Positions 14,690 through 28,566 of a DNA stretch of 64,000 nt are shown one piece after another (the first letter of the stretch is position 1; each line of letters opens with the position of its first letter). A program made the translations under genes and the position numbers. The notes beneath the pieces were generated by a model. It did no database searches and was not told the DNA's origin. It was given only the letters and a program-made list of their open reading frames with translations. This DNA comes from Bugula neritina (taxonomy: Eukaryota > Animalia > Bryozoa): positions 8,814,581 to 8,878,580 of the forward strand of contig OZ037767.1 in the NCBI GenBank assembly GCA_964035545.1. The letters are read 5' to 3'.

Positions 14690-17600
14690 ATGGTACTGGC
14701 CATCACACCTGTCTTAATTGCAATAGCATCATCATTGCTGGCTTACTTGTTTCTCAAATGGCTGGAGGTAAGTAACTCAAATGTAACTAGAAACTTAAAT
14801 ATTTTGATTTACACAATATTTTATAATTACCCCATTAAAAATATTGAAATTCAATTTAATATCTTTTGTTTTTTAGAAGTTGTATACATATTAACATGTG
14901 TAATGTAACCTATATTCTGTTGTGTTTTAGTATATATAGAAATATTTATTTTCGCAGACTGAAAGAAAATAGCAATGTGAGAAATTAGTTATATTATAAG
15001 TTACAGTCGCAAGTGTAAAGATAAGTTTAAATGCTGGATTTTTATACCAGTCAAAGAGGTTAGCTATTGTTTAGTAGCCACAATGAGTTTGGAAAAAACA
15101 TAATCTAGCTGGTATAGCTGTGATGATGCACGAAAAGCTATAATAAATTAAGGAAAAACTTTCGCAGCCCATGTAAAGTCCCAATTTCTCCCAACTAGCT
15201 TGAAGTTCTCCGTTTATATTGGTTCTGGAGTTGTGGTATTCTTCTTAGGTTGTCACGATTATACTCGCCACCATTGGATAATCGGGAGGGGGGAGGTTAT
15301 GTTTTCTACATAATAAGGCTGCAGGGGTAGGGTCTTGCTGTGGGTTTTCCTCTACAGTAGTAAAAGGGTAATCAGATGTTTGTATTTCCTCAGGAGGTTC
15401 AGCATCTTCAGCATTGGTATGTTTTAGACAGAGTTGGTCAATGTGTCGCTTCCAAATAGGTTCTCTAGGCATAACTTTTACATCTACTGATCTGCTTCCC
15501 AGAACTTTAGTGACGGCAGCTACAATCCATTTGGACTGTCTGTCTCTTTTGGGGCCACAGTGTAGAGCGTAGCAAAGTGTGCTTACACAGTAGCTGTGTA
15601 GTTTTCTGTTGCTCCAATTTTCCTTTCTTCTATTCTTGGGCAAGGTGGGCTGGTGATGATTGTAATGTGTCTAGTTTTGTTTGGATCTGACGTCTATTGA
15701 GGTGAAAATCCATAGGGCAGTAGTGTTCTACTGTATTGCATCTGGAATTCTTGGAAGGCTTCTCTATGTGGTAGAGCAGACTTTTTCAGCGATTGCTTGA
15801 AAGATTATACTAACTGTTCTGCTGCTCCATAGGTAGCTGGTTAGTAAGATTCTCCTCTCAGGTATATAATTCATCTGTCTTTACATCACTGTATGAACTC
15901 CTCCAATGTAAAATTCTGTCCGTTGTCAGTAACTATGATATGAGGGTATCCAAAATGAGCGAAGTCTATCTCTAGTAAGTCTGTTGTTGTCTTAGTTAAT
16001 ATAGAGCTTGTAGGATGAATGCAGGGATATTTGGTATAGGCATTCACTAGTGCCAACCAGTTGGTTCTCATGAAATTGATAGCATCGTCTATATGTAGTC
16101 AGCTCCAAGGTTTTTCCGGCATCATCCAAGGGTGAACTGGCAATTTTCTGGCTTTTTATGGCGCTCCATGTAAGTGGTGCACTGCTGGGTCATCTCCATT
16201 ATCTCCTGGTCCAATCAGGGCCAATAAATTATTGTACGAGCAAGTTGCTTCATCCTATTTATCTCAAAGTGATGCAAATGTAAAAGTTGAAGCACTTGTT
16301 TTTGTAACGATAGAGGAATGACAAGCTTAGCTCCATATAGCAGGTATCCGTTTTCGATTGACAATGGTGGCATTAATTTCTTAAAGTATGTGACAGTGTA
16401 GCCATCTGTAATGACTTCAGTGTGACATTTGCTGCTGTCATCATCTTGCCATCCTTCTATGATGTATCCCATTACTGTGCTTAGTACTGGCTCCTTCGCT
16501 GTTTCTTTAAAACTTCTGGATCGGTGAGTTTAAGCTGTGTTTTAATGGTCTTTATGCTGCAAACAATGTCAATATCATCACCTTCTTCCTCTCCGTCAAA
16601 GTGTACGTCGAGTCCAACAGGCAATCGACTAAGTGAGTTTGCATTACTATGCTCTGACGTTTTTTTGTATTCGATAGTGTAAAAATCCTGGCTCAGAGTG
16701 AAAATCCATCTGGCCAGTCCGTTGGCTGCCATAGCTGGGGTGGCCTTGTTGGGTCCAAACAGAGCGAGTAGTGGTTTGTGATCTGTAACCAGGATAAAAT
16801 TTCTTCCATAGAGAAGCTGATGAAACTTGGTGATTGCAAAAATTATTGAGAAAGTTTCCTTCTGTATTTGACTGTAACGTTGCCGAGTCTTTGTTAAAGT
16901 TTTGCTGGCGTGGGCAATAGGTCGTTTTGTATCCTTTCCATGTCGATGGAAGAGTACTACATATATAGTTTCAATGCCATTTTGCTCCTTTTCGTAGTAG
17001 CTCCTGTAGAGGTGTAATAACTGTTAAGAGGTCTGGCAAAAGTTTGTTGTAGAACTGAACTGATCCCAGAAAAGACTTTAAACTGCTTACATCTGTAGAG
17101 GCTGGCATCTTCTTGAGAGCTTCTATTCTTGATCCTTCAGCTATGCCGCCGTGCGATAGTCAATGCTCCAGGTACTCCAACAATCATTCAGTGGATATAC
17201 ACTTCTTCCTGTTGCATCTCAATCCTCGATCTTGGATTCATTGTAGCAGCTTCCAAAGATTTGTTAAGTGGTCTTCTGCTAAAGCTCCACAAACTACATT
17301 GTCATCCAGGTATACTGCTACTCCTGGTAGATCTCTGGTGAATTGCTCCATAATTTCTTAGAAATATCCTGGTGCAGAACTTATTCCGAATAGCAAGCGT
17401 TTTTGTAGTAGAACTCATCTGTGTGTGCTGAAAGCTAACCGACTAGCTTTCAGGGGTACAAAGAATCTAATTGTATGCATCTACTAAGTCAGTTTTTGAA
17501 AAAAATCATGTCTTCCTCCTAATTTTCTCATTAAGTCTTCAGGCAAAGGAATCAGCAGGCGATGGTCCTCAAGCTGTTGATTGACCATGGCGGAATAGTC

Positions 17601-20600
17601 TCCACACACTCGCAGTTTTTGCCTCTGCTGTCCTGGTAGCTGTGTTTTCTAGATGGAAACTCCTGGTGTACCAGAAACATTAAACTACATTGGCTCCCAC
17701 ACTCCTTTAGCAATTTCTGCATCATAGGTTTGAGCCAAGTCTTCTTGAATGGCATTTGGCATTGGCTTGGGTTTTCAGAAAACAGATTTAGCGCCCTACT
17801 TGAATTTCACTTCCAATTCGAAGTCATTGGGACATTATAATTCCGGTTTGAAAAGTTCAGTTAACTCTATAGTAAGTCTTTTTAGCATGTTTTCTGTAAG
17901 CTTGGTTTAACTGAATAAGTGTTAACTTTGGTTACTCCATCTTTGTTCTGCATCAGGGCATCCGTGAAAACTCCAAGCTGTCAAATTTCATATCTGCGCA
18001 GTAGGTTGAGGTTGGGTTCTTTGCTAATTACAAAGTGGAGCTTTTTTTTGCTGCTCTCCCAGTTTAGTGTTGAGTTCGCAGGTTTTCAAATGTTAACCTT
18101 ATGGTGGGCAGTAGAATATTAATGTACTTTTGATGATTGAAGAGTTGGGGATCCTAACTTCTTCCAAACTTTCTAAAGAAAAGAAGTTGTATCCAGCTCC
18201 AGTATCGACTTCCACTTCCACGGTTGATTTTGTAGTTTCAAACTCAACTGAAATTTTAGAATAGCGTTTACGATCTTTAAGGCTCTCATGATCTTCAAGG
18301 GCTTTTTGTCTCTATACATCTTCTTCCGGCATACAACATCTACATGTTTGTTGATTTTGCAGTAACTACACATAGAGTTCTTGTGTCTGCAGTCACTGGA
18401 TTGATGATTGGATTTACCATGGCGATAGCAAGGATGTTGAATCGGTGATTTTTGTAACGTTGTACTTATAGTCATCTTCTTCTTATGGTGTAATTTATAA
18501 ATAGCGTTGTCTGGTTCATGAACTGTTTCCTTGGCTACCTTTGCGGCTTATTCAATTTCTACGACAACTTGAATAGCTCGGTGAAAGTGAGATCTTCATC
18601 ATCAAGTTTGAAAAGTGTTCTCAGTATAGCTTTTTTGCCAACTGAGCATATAAATCTTGTCCTGAGTGCTTCGTTTTGTGGGTCGTGAATAGAAGTAAAG
18701 TCACAAGTGGCTACGTCATGTCGAATTCTGGCAGCTAGTTCAGAAATTGTCTCTCCTAGTTTTCTTGTCACGTTGCTTCAAAATCTGTATCTTTCTCTGA
18801 TGATAAAATTCCATGGGTTGTACTGGGTCATCATGTAGTTATGAATACTGTCCATCGAGAGTTTGTTGATCGGTATCTTTGGTGTCTGTTGCTTTGCCCA
18901 ATTATTCAACTGCTTGTAGGTGGCTGTTGATTGATTCGTCAAAACACTTGCGATATTTTGTCATCGGTGATGGAGTTGGCGCCAATAAATGTCATAAACT
19001 TTGCTCTGTAGTGTGTCCATAGTTCAATACTTGGGTTGAATGGTTTAAAACTTGGGGTGGCTGTTACTGCTTTTTTCCTGTTGACTGAGTGAGTAGTTTG
19101 ATCAGTTTCTAATTTTCTTCTCTCTGCATTTCCGCCTGCTCCTTATGTAAAGTTGCGTTTAAACTTTTACTAAAAAAAGTTCCCACTTTCTGTTAAGAAA
19201 TCTTGTCCGAATACCCCTTTATAGTCAGATTAAAACTTGGTGAAACCATATTAATGTGGAAGCTTACTTTTGAAAAGTGTAATCTTACTCGCGTAATCGA
19301 TATTCGATGCCCGTTGAAAACATCGCGCATTAGTAAAGTTGACAGCATAAAAACGATATAATTAGGAAGGCGCAGGCAATATGATTATTAACATATAAAT
19401 ACGTCATCTAATCGACAAAGTCATAACTAAATAACAATATTCACAAGGAGTTATTACTCTTTTAATTTATTATTATGAACTCGACTGATTAAGTTATCAC
19501 AGTACAAAAATTTTTACGAGTGGCTCTTACAATGTCACACAACTCGAAACAATTTCAACTCGACCAAATTAAATTCTTGACTGAGAATCGTAAAAGTATA
19601 AGCATAACTTAACTCCATCTGCTCCTTCTGCTGTGTTAGCTGCTGGGTTAGCAAGACAATTAGCTGTCTGTAAATGTGGACATATAAATTGTGGTCTACT
19701 TTTTGTTGATCGTTGAAAGAGTCTCTGGTGATAGTTAAAAATTGATAAGTGTCTTATAGTCGGCTTGGATATTGAAGAAAATCTTTTAAACTGATCTCAT
19801 CCTCGTCGCCAATCTGTTGTTTTTTAGTATATATAGAAGTATTTATTATCGCAGACTGAAAAAAATAGCAATGTGAGAAAGTTATATCATAAGTTATAGT
19901 TGCAAGTTGCAAGTGTAAAGATAAGTGTGGAAAAAGCATAATATAGCTGGTATAGGTCTGATAATACGTGAAAAGCTATAATGAATGAGGGAAAAGTTTT
20001 CTCAGCTTATGTAAAGTCACAACATTTTTGTATAATTATAGTAAGTAAGTGTTAATATTTATCAGTAACTTGAACTGAACAACCGTACTGAACAAAAGAA
20101 GGAAACTTACATTTTTTAGGTGAAAACAATTTTTAGTTGAAGTAACCAATTTACAATGCTTTCTCGCAGGCTTTTGTGTACAGGTGAAAACTGCTAGATA
20201 GTTATGGCATGCATATTTCACTTCAAGCAAACAATATAAAAAGTTTTAATAATTATTATATGCATAAGTAATAGCTGATGTTACAATTCAGGATCCACTG
20301 AGAAAGATACCAGGTCCAAGAGGGCTACCATTCATAGGTAACACATTATCTGTTGATTCAACAAGACTTCACATGATATTGTATGACTGGGCAGAGAAAT
20401 ATGGAGATATTATGAAGATATCACTATTCAACACTCCTATGGTGGTTGTTAACTCAACTGAACTGGCTTACGATGTTTTAGTAAAAACTGGTAAGTCTTA
20501 TTACTTCTTTGATGTGTTGTCATATGTATTTGTGTATGTATGAGCTATTATCAGAAAATTAGATGTGCCTTTACCAAAAAATTCAGAGTGTTGCACAAGT

Positions 20601-23600
20601 TTTTTTAATATTGGACTAGGTTTTACAAAATATAGCCGGCTGTTTCATTCTCCAACTATCCTCTCTCCCTTTATGCTATTATTTAGTTTAGCAAGTTTTA
20701 TAACTTATTTAAGGCACAGACTTTCAAGGCAGACCACCAGTTCCAAGGGTAGACAGGGTGGCGGGGAACAACTTGAGTTTTAGGGTAAGTTCTAATAGGT
20801 ACAATAATAAGTTTAATTTAACTCCCCTCCCTTATACACATACTTTGCCATAACGTAGAATGTCCAAGCTGAAATTCTGAAAGTCCAATATTGGGTACGA
20901 TCTCTGGTACCTCATGTCCATGTTCAATAGAAGCTCAGCGCAACTTTTTTAAGTCAAGCAGCGCTTGATCCTTACGTATCGTAGCATCTGACGGGAAGCT
21001 CTAACATTTTTAAAAATAGCTGACATTTGCTGTTATGGCCTACGTTACTGCAAGCTGTGTTTAGGCGGTATTATAGTTATGCATTAACTTATGAAAATAT
21101 TTAGATTGTTAACCCCATATTCACACTTTGCCGTATCGTACGACGTAGCATAAAATATCAGCCATTTTTACAAATGTCTGACTTTCCTGTACAGCGTTGC
21201 GACACGTTTGGATCAAGGACTGCTTGATTCAAAAATGTTTCGGCGGACTCCAATTGTACAGAAAAACCTTTTTGTTAACTAATTGAATATAATTGTCCAA
21301 TGAGGTGTCAGATCGTACTTAATGGTGGACTTTAGAAACTTCAGCCTGGACACATTAAATATGGCTAACATTCTATGTTACAGTGTACAATACGGCAAAG
21401 TGTGCATGAGTGGTAAGAATGAAGAATAGTATTTGGCTGTAAAAAGCATTTTGACTTATGAAATAATATGTTGAAATATCTATTGCTGAATCTAGCTTAG
21501 TCATGAAAATTGTTGCTATATATGTTTTTAAAATATACTTATTAAAGTTATAGATGCTGGTTCTCCTCACTAGAAGGACGTTTTTTAACTTCAAGTTGTA
21601 ATATCTAAATAAACCTTTAAAACAATAATTGTAGTCAGTTGATGAACCTGGATATCAGCAAAGAAGACACTACGCTATTAAAGCAATCAAGGCATACGGT
21701 GAAGGGGTGGCCCACCTCGAGGAAATAATACAAAGCATTACAATCACACTGATTGATGACATCACAAAACAAGATGGCCGACCTATGGATGTGGATCAGC
21801 TACTTTACGGGTTTCTCTGCTGTGTGATGGCTTCTTTGGTATGTTCAAAGCTTACTATGGTAGTTAGAATAGATAATTGAAATTGAATAAGAATTATGTA
21901 GTCAAGTATTATGTAGTCAAAAGTATCTGGGACTATGAACAATAAAATACTTTACTCTTTAGCTGTATGGCGAGGAGTATGCCTTTGATGATCCAGTGAG
22001 CCAGTCTATTAGCAGGATGACAGCAGAAGTGTTGAAAGCTATAGATCCCGTGTCACTTGGAAGTCTTTTAGACAGTTTCCCTGTTTTATTTAAGCAAAAT
22101 ATCTTTCTTAAAGAGACTCTGAGGCAAATTCAGCAAACACAGAGTTATGTAAATGAAACTCTTCATAAGAAAATCGCAGAATATAAAGTGAGTTCTAATT
22201 AAAATTATATACCTATATATCTAAAAGTACTCCCTGCATTAAAATTTGTGATTTTGATTTCTATTCATGTTCAATCATGCAGACGTTGTGATTACAAAGA
22301 CTACTTCTTGTCACTACAGGCTGAGTTTGATGAGAACTGTCTAAAGGGAATACTGGATCAGCTGATCTTAATTCAGAAACAGGAAGTTGGTACAGATGAC
22401 CCAGTTATGGATGATGGCACAATTCGAGGCATTATGATGGATTTGGTTGTGGGGGGTATGCATACTTAAATTTATATTATTGGAACTAATATTGCTACAT
22501 CATCAATTTACAGCTTGTAAAACAATTGTAGGCCAGCTAAGTTTTGTTAAACCTATTATAATATGGTGTGCTTTTATTATCTTAAAATTTTACTGAAAGA
22601 AAACTGCTGATAATTCGCTCTTATACACTTATAAGCAGTAAGTGTTTGTACTTGCCTTTCAAGGTACATGAAACTACAACTATAGCGTGTCATAGTTCTA
22701 TTAAAAATATATCATAAATTTTTACTGAATATAATATTACCATGCTCAGAACATTTTCAGATAAATAGCTGGCAGAAAAACAGTCATGAAAAGATTATCT
22801 TTAGTTGCTATTTAATAATCTAATCTCAGTGATAAGATAACACAATGTGTGTCTGCATAATAATTTTTATAATAATGCAATGCAAATTATTTTTCTGGTA
22901 GGAATGGAAACTAGTCACACTGTTCTCTGCCAGGCTTTCCTTGATTTCTTTCATGAACCAGATTTACAGAAGAGACTGCAGGATGAGATTGACAGTCAGT
23001 TTGACCCATCTCATATCATAACTCTGAAAGATAGGTACCTAGTTTTATCATCATTTCAGTATTGACAATAAAAAAATAAGAAGATCAAATTAATTGCTTA
23101 GATATAACAAAGATGACTGTTTTGTATGTTTATTTACAGGCCAAAGCTGCCATTGCTGCAGGCATACATATATGAGAATCTTCGGTACAAGACAGTGCTT
23201 CCTATGCTAGTTCCACATAGGGCTATCAAAGACACAGAACTAGCTGGGTACAAGGTAAAAGATATGAAAGTAGCTAAAAACATGTCACACATATGATGAA
23301 TCTCTTTTGTATACCAATGCCTATATAGTAAGGCTAGAAAGTTTATTGGAATTTAATCAACAAGAACAACTTTTAGTAATACTTTATTTATATTAAAACA
23401 CAAGAAAATAATATTCATCTTTTGAGTTTAAAAAAGCATTAAAATTGGAGACCTCATGTTAAACTTGATGTGGTGGATATCTTGCAAGTGTATGACATAG
23501 AATAGGGAATATACATTTAGTGATTAATGTGCTTCTGTTCACAATAATTAGGTTACAGGATGTACTGCTACATGAAAAAGTGTTTCTTATTTCAATTGGC

Positions 23601-24270
23601 TCAGAAAACTTGACTTTTGATGAATAATATTTTGGTTAAACTTAGGTTAAATCTCTATAGTAGCTAAACAGTGACTATTGATTGAATGAATGAAATTGAA
23701 TTACAAGGCTTTGCCAATCTTCTTCACACTATATTTTTAAAATATAAGTTAAACAAACCGTTTACAGATTCCAGCTAATACAACCGTATTAGTAAATGCT
23801 TTCTATACATCTCACAACCCGCGTGTTTATAAAGATCCATTTACTATCAAACCAGAAAGATTCCTTGATGAACATGGAGCTGTTGTACCACCTGGTCATC
23901 CTGCTAGATATAAGTAAGTATTCAGTAATTTATCAAGTATATAACATATTAAGCTACTGTATCTAAAATGCTTTAATGAATATCTTAACTTAATTAAACT
24001 TTGCTAAAAATAGTTATTAAAATTGATTTAAAAAGAATGAATAAACATATTTGTTACAGTTCTGTTGGCCTATCTTTTGGAAGTGGGATGAAAGGCTGTA
24101 TTGGGAAGAACTTAGCAGAGACTAGAATTTTTCTGTTTCTAGCTAATATACTACAAAAGTTTACTATCTCACCTGATGGAAACCTGATGGATCGAGATGT
24201 TAAAAACTACAAGTTGGTGACAATATTAAGACCACCCAGTTTTTCAGCAAAGTTCATCCGCAGACAGTAA
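14690..24270 (+). CDS. Cytochrome P450 copy C, apparently intact, 505 aa
   Basis: Exons 14690-14767, 20292-20490, 20714-20784, 21635-21838, 21963-22187, 22320-22455, 22902-23034, 23140-23254, 23768-23913, 24060-24270; all GT-AG with consistent phases; GGMETS, ENLR, PERF, FGSGMKGCIG. Confidence 0.9.
14918..20024 (-). mobile_element. Decayed Ty3/Gypsy LTR retrotransposon in intron 1 of copy C, antisense to the gene
   Basis: Diverged LTRs at 19815-20024 (5') and 14918-~15185 (3'); PBS TGGCGACGAGGATGAGAT (19811-19794) resembling the tRNA-Ser(GCU) 3' end; frameshifted gag (zinc-knuckle remnant), RT/RNase H and integrase (IVTDNG) fragments in 15245-19140. Confidence 0.9.
20820..21415. mobile_element. 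Foldback/MITE-like element with long inverted arms in intron 3 of copy C
   Basis: 20830-21030 is the imperfect reverse complement of 21150-21410 (e.g. TCCAAGCTGAAATTCTGAAAGTCCA vs TGGACTTTAGAAACTTCAGCCTGGA); absent from intron 3 of the paralogs. Confidence 0.75.
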
Positions 24271-24934
24271 AATAAATGAAACTGTTATGAATAACATTAT
24301 CTTCAATCAGCTCTGACAAGCTACCTGTACACATCAAACATAATTATTATTATTATGCTCAAATATAAATATTCAGTCATAAACAATATATATAAATCAA
24401 TTATATCTGCCAGACGCTAACAAGTTTTCTGTTTATGTATTAAATATGTATTTTGCTATAACATAATTATCATATATATATGATTTTAACGAATAAAATA
24501 CATCAAGAAATAAAAGTGTTTGTGAGAAAAATGAAAAGAATTTTATTGTCTGGGCAACATTTGTTATGCTCTTGTGCTACTGCAAGCTCCTGGTTTCTTA
24601 TTCTCCCACATGTGAGAAGATAACCCTAAACTGGTCATAAAACGTACATCTAATGGAGAGATAACTTTCAATAAGCAACGTAAAAATATTAGTGTTTAAT
24701 ATGAAATAAGTCTAGCACATTACAAATAATTTATACTTTAACGGATTATGAAAAATGGTATATGGGTAATTTAGTGTAATATAACATCATAAACTAATAT
24801 AAGGGGTTTTCTTATTTTTAAACCAGTGTAGTTTGAGCATATCATGTAAAAAATATATAAAAATCTCTACTAGTAAGCTGTGCTCTAATCATGCAGTGAG
24901 CTATATGAGTAAATTAAAATATCATACCTACATA

Positions 24935-25190
24935 ATACGTATAATACACACTATACAGAGTGTTACATTATCATACGTATAATACACACTATACAGAGTG
25001 TTATATTACCATACGTATAATACACACTATACAGAGTGTTATATTATCATACGTATAATACACACTATACAGAGTGTTATATTACCATACGTATAATACA
25101 CACTATACAGAGTGTTATATTATTATACGTATAATACACACTATACAGAGTGTTATATTATCATACGTATAATACACACTATACAGAGTG
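24935..25190. repeat. 38-bp minisatellite, about 6.7 copies
   Basis: Unit CATACGTATAATACACACTATACAGAGTGTTATATTAT; TACGT recurs at 24936, 24974, 25012, 25050, 25088, 25126 and 25164. Confidence 0.97.
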
Positions 25191-26459
25191 ATAATTTGTA
25201 ATGTAATCAACAAAATACATGATATAGGCCTATATATAATATGTCAATATAAAATTATATTATATATAACTGAATTTGTACATTAGAACTATATGAAATT
25301 TTGAGGTCTGTAGTTTTCCCACAAGCTTTAATCTTATGCCAACCTACATGTTGCTAAATTTTCTCATTAGAATTTTTGATTTTGCCCGCTTGAAGAGTTG
25401 TGGAGTAAAGGATTGATGGTTAAAGTTATAAGTCTACAGTTCAAAACTTCAACTAACGCTGGTTGAAATACCGTTTAAAATCTGTGACATAGATTTTTTC
25501 TGTCAATTTCAAATTTTGTGTAATTAAATCCGCCATTATTAGAAAAGCTATCCCTTGTATTATAACCCATAGGCGGGACCTGTGTTAATTTGATTATAGT
25601 AGTTGCTTGAACTAAATGTTAAATGTGTATAAATTTACAAGTTTAGATTAAATGGCCAGGGGTCATTTAAATAATATGTGTATACAAGCCTATGTTGTGT
25701 GTGTAGAGACAACATAGCCAAACTTCAACGATTGGGAGCTAAATTTGGTATTTTGCTCTGTCATGGTTTGAGGTTTCAGGACTGTAGCTTATATATATAG
25801 TGAGTTACGGAAGGAGCACTGTGTAAAATATACATATGTACGAGTATAAGATATTACTAAATAACATACATGAATATAATACTTACACACACAGGCACTC
25901 ACGCATGCACACACTAATATATTATTATATAACATAATACAATATAATATAATAAAATGAAATATAACGAAATATAATATAATATTTGCCCATGCGAATA
26001 GAAACACATAATAAGTAAAATGCAAATATATAAAATATTACTTAATGATTATTTATATGTTCCATTGAAGCTATGTATGAATATGAGCAAATTACGTGCC
26101 ATATGTGATAATGAAAATTGTTGTGTTATTTATTGTATTGAGTTCATACACCTTGCAGTTTAAAGGGTAAATTGGACACCTCAGTTTTGAAAATAACAAA
26201 CAGACTTTATTATTATTACACACCATCTACAATAAAAGGTCAAAGTTATATTGTAGCATGAATGACTTTGATATATCAGCCAATCAGTGATCTGTTAGCT
26301 CATGCGTATAACTGATAATGCAGTGTTATATAATAACAGTAAGTCTCAACTAGTTCTTTTAGTGCAATTGACTACTAGCAGTGTAGACAGGTTAGTTATT
26401 CAGTTAGAGCTCAGCTACTCTACATCAAATCAGAAGAATTAAACTATGGTGACAGCAGA

Positions 26460-28514
26460 ATGGTACTGGCTACCACACCTGTCTTAATTGCCATAGCATT
26501 ATCATTGCTGGCTTACTTGTTTATCAAATGGCTGAAGGTATGTAACTCATATGTAACTAGAAACTTGAGTATTCAGGTTATCAAAAAGGTTTATAATTAC
26601 CCCATTTAAGAAATATTGAAATCAAATTTAAGATGTTTCCTTCTTTGGAAGTCGAACTAAGTAGCATGTGTACTGTACAATTTCTCAACGTTTTGTGTTA
26701 GGGAAGTAAGTGTTGTTATTTATCAATAACTTAAACTGAGGAATTGGGTCTAACAAAAAACAAACTATATTTTATAAGTGAAAATCATTTTTCAGTTTAG
26801 GTACGAGTATATGCTTTGCTGTAGTTTTATTACACGTTTTTGCGTGCAGGTAAAAATTACTGATTGCATGGTAAATACAACATTCATATTTTACTTCAAG
26901 CAAGCAATATAAAGAGCTTTATTAATAATTATATGTATGAGTATATTAGATTTATTAAATAGCACACAGTATGTATAAGTATAACAGCTGATGTTACAAT
27001 TCAGGATCCACTGAGAAAGATACCAGGTCCAAGAGGGCTACCATTCATAGGTAACACATTATCTGTTGATTCAACAAAAATTCACATGATATTGTATGAC
27101 TCGGCAGAAAAGTATGGAGATATTATGAAGATATCACTATTCAACACTCCTATGGTGGTTGTTAACTCAACTGAACTGGCCTATGATGTTTTAGTAAAAA
27201 CTGGTAAATCTTATTATTTCTATGTATTTGTGTAAGTATGGACTATTATCAGAAGATTAGATGCGCCTTTACTAAAACATTCAGAGTTTTGCACAGGTTT
27301 TTCAATATAGGTTCAGATTTTACTATTTGACTGTTTGCTTTTTCTAATTGTCCTCCCTATGATATTCAAGGCAGACCATCATCTGCAAGGGTAGACCTAG
27401 TTATGGGTTATAATAACCTGGTTATGAAAGTAAGTTCAAATATGTACAGTGATGAGTTCAGTAGTCATGCATTTGCTTACAATATAGCTCGCTGACTGAA
27501 TAATAATAATTATATGTCTGTATATAGGGAGCATTTCAACTTATGAAATAATATGCTGAAGAATCATTTGACTATTGTTGAATCTACATGTATAGCTTAC
27601 ACATAAAAATTTTAAAGTCTATATTTTTCTACATGGTAATTATTATTTAGTTAAAGATGCTTTTCCCAGCTATGAGAAAATTTTTTAACTTCAAGTTGTA
27701 GTATTTAAATACACATTTGAGGCACTAATTTTAGTCAATTGATGAACCTGGATATCAGCAAAGAAGACACTACACTATTAAAGCAATCAAAGGGTATGGG
27801 GAAGGGGTGGCCCACCTCGAGGATATAATACAAAGCATTACAATCACACTGATTGATGACATCACAAAACAAGATGGCCGACCTATGGATGTTGATCAGC
27901 TATGTTACGGATTTCTCTGCTGTGTGATGGCTTCTTTGGTATGTTTAAAACTTACTATGGTGGTTAGAATAGATAATTGTAGTCGAATGAAACGTATTTA
28001 GTTGAAGTTGCATATTAATAAATTTGATCAACAAAATAACACTTTTCAGCTGTATGGTGAAGAGTATGCTTATGATGATCCAGTGTGCGAGTCTATTAGC
28101 AGGATGACAACAGAAGTGTTGAAAGCTATAGATCCTGTGTCACTCGGAGCTCTTTTTGACAGTTTTCCTGTTCTATTCAAGCAAGATATCTTTCTCAAAG
28201 AAACTCGGAGGCAATTTCAGCAGGCACGCAATTTCGTAGATCAATCACTTTGCAAAAAAATTGCGGAGTATAAAGTGAGTTATACATACAAAATTACATA
28301 ATTATAATTTCATTCGAATGTGTCCACATCAGTTCTTATAAACAGCAAACAAATTTAACTAAAAAGATTGTTGGTTGAGCAGTAAAGCCAAAGCTGACAG
28401 GAATTGTCATCTGCAATCTATCAGTTATAATATATCCCAAATCAATTCAGCGCATATGAGCACAACATTAATTATGAGACAAAATTAGTTAGGCAAACAA
28501 TATGTAGATGAAAG

Positions 28515-28566
<52 letters not shown>

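Noticed and set aside
24935-25190. 38-bp repeats as a CRISPR array
   Set aside because: Units are head-to-tail with no unique spacers, there are no cas genes, and the context is eukaryotic.
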